Source of the DNA: Octopus bimaculoides
Taxonomy: Eukaryota
Assembly: GCF_001194135.2 (NCBI RefSeq)
Contig: NC_068984.1
Coordinates: forward strand, 18,247,530 to 18,311,529
Direction of reading: 5' to 3'
DNA length: 64,000 nt
Positions 63,096-64,000 of this stretch are shown here, piece by piece; the stretch's first letter is position 1; the number at the start of each line of letters is the position of its first letter. Both the position numbers and the translations under genes were made by a program. A model generated the notes under the pieces. It was not told where the DNA came from. It searched no databases and saw only the letters and a program-made list of their open reading frames with translations.

Positions 63096-64000
63096 TATCA
63101 TCATCATCATTGTCATTATCATCATCATCATTGTCATTATCGTCATCATTATTATTCAACTAGTTAACTAATTCACCAATTAACTAATTGATCGCTTGAT
63201 TAATTATTTGATCAATCAATCAGTCAGTCGTTATCAGAGTCCTTTCATCACCATTGGCAATCTCATCAATGATGTGTCCACCTTACTCTAAGTCTGTACC
63301 ATTGTGTCTAAACTTCTTTTGTTTGCTCTTTGAATAATGTCACTGACCTTTATTCTTTTTGAATTTATTGTCTCTGGAACAGTTTTCCAAATTCTCATGA
63401 AAGAGATACTGACCATACCTACGTAATATTTCCCTTCTCTAGATTTTCATCTTCTATATTGCAATTTTTATACATGAAGCTTCAGCCGTATTTCAACTTC
63501 AATTCGTCAACGTTTTAGAATATTAAAGACCAAGTTTTATGGTTGGAGATTCTTAACATACTTTTATTAACACTTAAATTGGTAAGAAAACCTTCTGTGT
63601 TCATACTGACTTATTTCATTTGAAGTAAAATACAATAAATCTTGGTAGCTTAGGTTATATAAATTTGTTTCCTTTTTATAGCGTACATTTGATGTTGAGA
63701 GGCATTTTCATAAAACTTGGAAGGAACAGTAATATAATTATTGAAGATACTTATTTGGTATATCACACTTGTTGGAAGCTAAGGAGATAATGGGAATGAA
63801 AACAGTGTTTCAGAAATGACACTAAACACAACCTTTTAGTGTTAAGAAAAAGGTCATAAGATTCAATAAAAATAGCTGTTTTACTTGGATGACAATCACA
63901 AAATCATATTTTTGAAGAGCGGCTTCCACTTTCGAAAATATCTTTAACAAGGGTAAAACTTATAAGTGCGTGTGTGTGTGTGTGTGTATATACATATATA

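Overview
AT-rich eukaryotic DNA dense in microsatellites and SINEs, with eight N-gaps. The repeat families and (TA)n/(CA)n/(ATT)n/(CAT)n load resemble a coleoid cephalopod, probably Octopus; this is inference from remembered repeat sequences, not a database result. The window lies inside a + strand kinesin-3 gene (KIF13A/B, Khc-73 type). Only two motor-domain exons are visible (14420-14507 and 26259-26393), separated by an 11.75-kb intron. The next exon was not found, so the following intron is probably over 37 kb. Nested antisense in that intron is an uninterrupted 724-codon ORF (37399-39573, minus strand) that I cannot assign to a family. It encodes a type I membrane protein with a signal peptide, mucin-like S/T/P-rich ectodomain, small Cys cluster, one TM helix and a Tyr/acidic tail ending in a class II PDZ-type motif. 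Splice signals suggest its 5' UTR exons lie about 17 kb away (56365-56465 and about 56630-56990). The rest is layered transposon debris: at least four tRNA-derived SINE types, CR1-, Jockey- and RTE-type LINE relics, mariner, hAT and TTAA-type MITEs, a Helentron-like element and two minisatellites. The nested orphan gene is the best candidate for something undescribed. There is no sign of prokaryotic systems such as CRISPR or operons.
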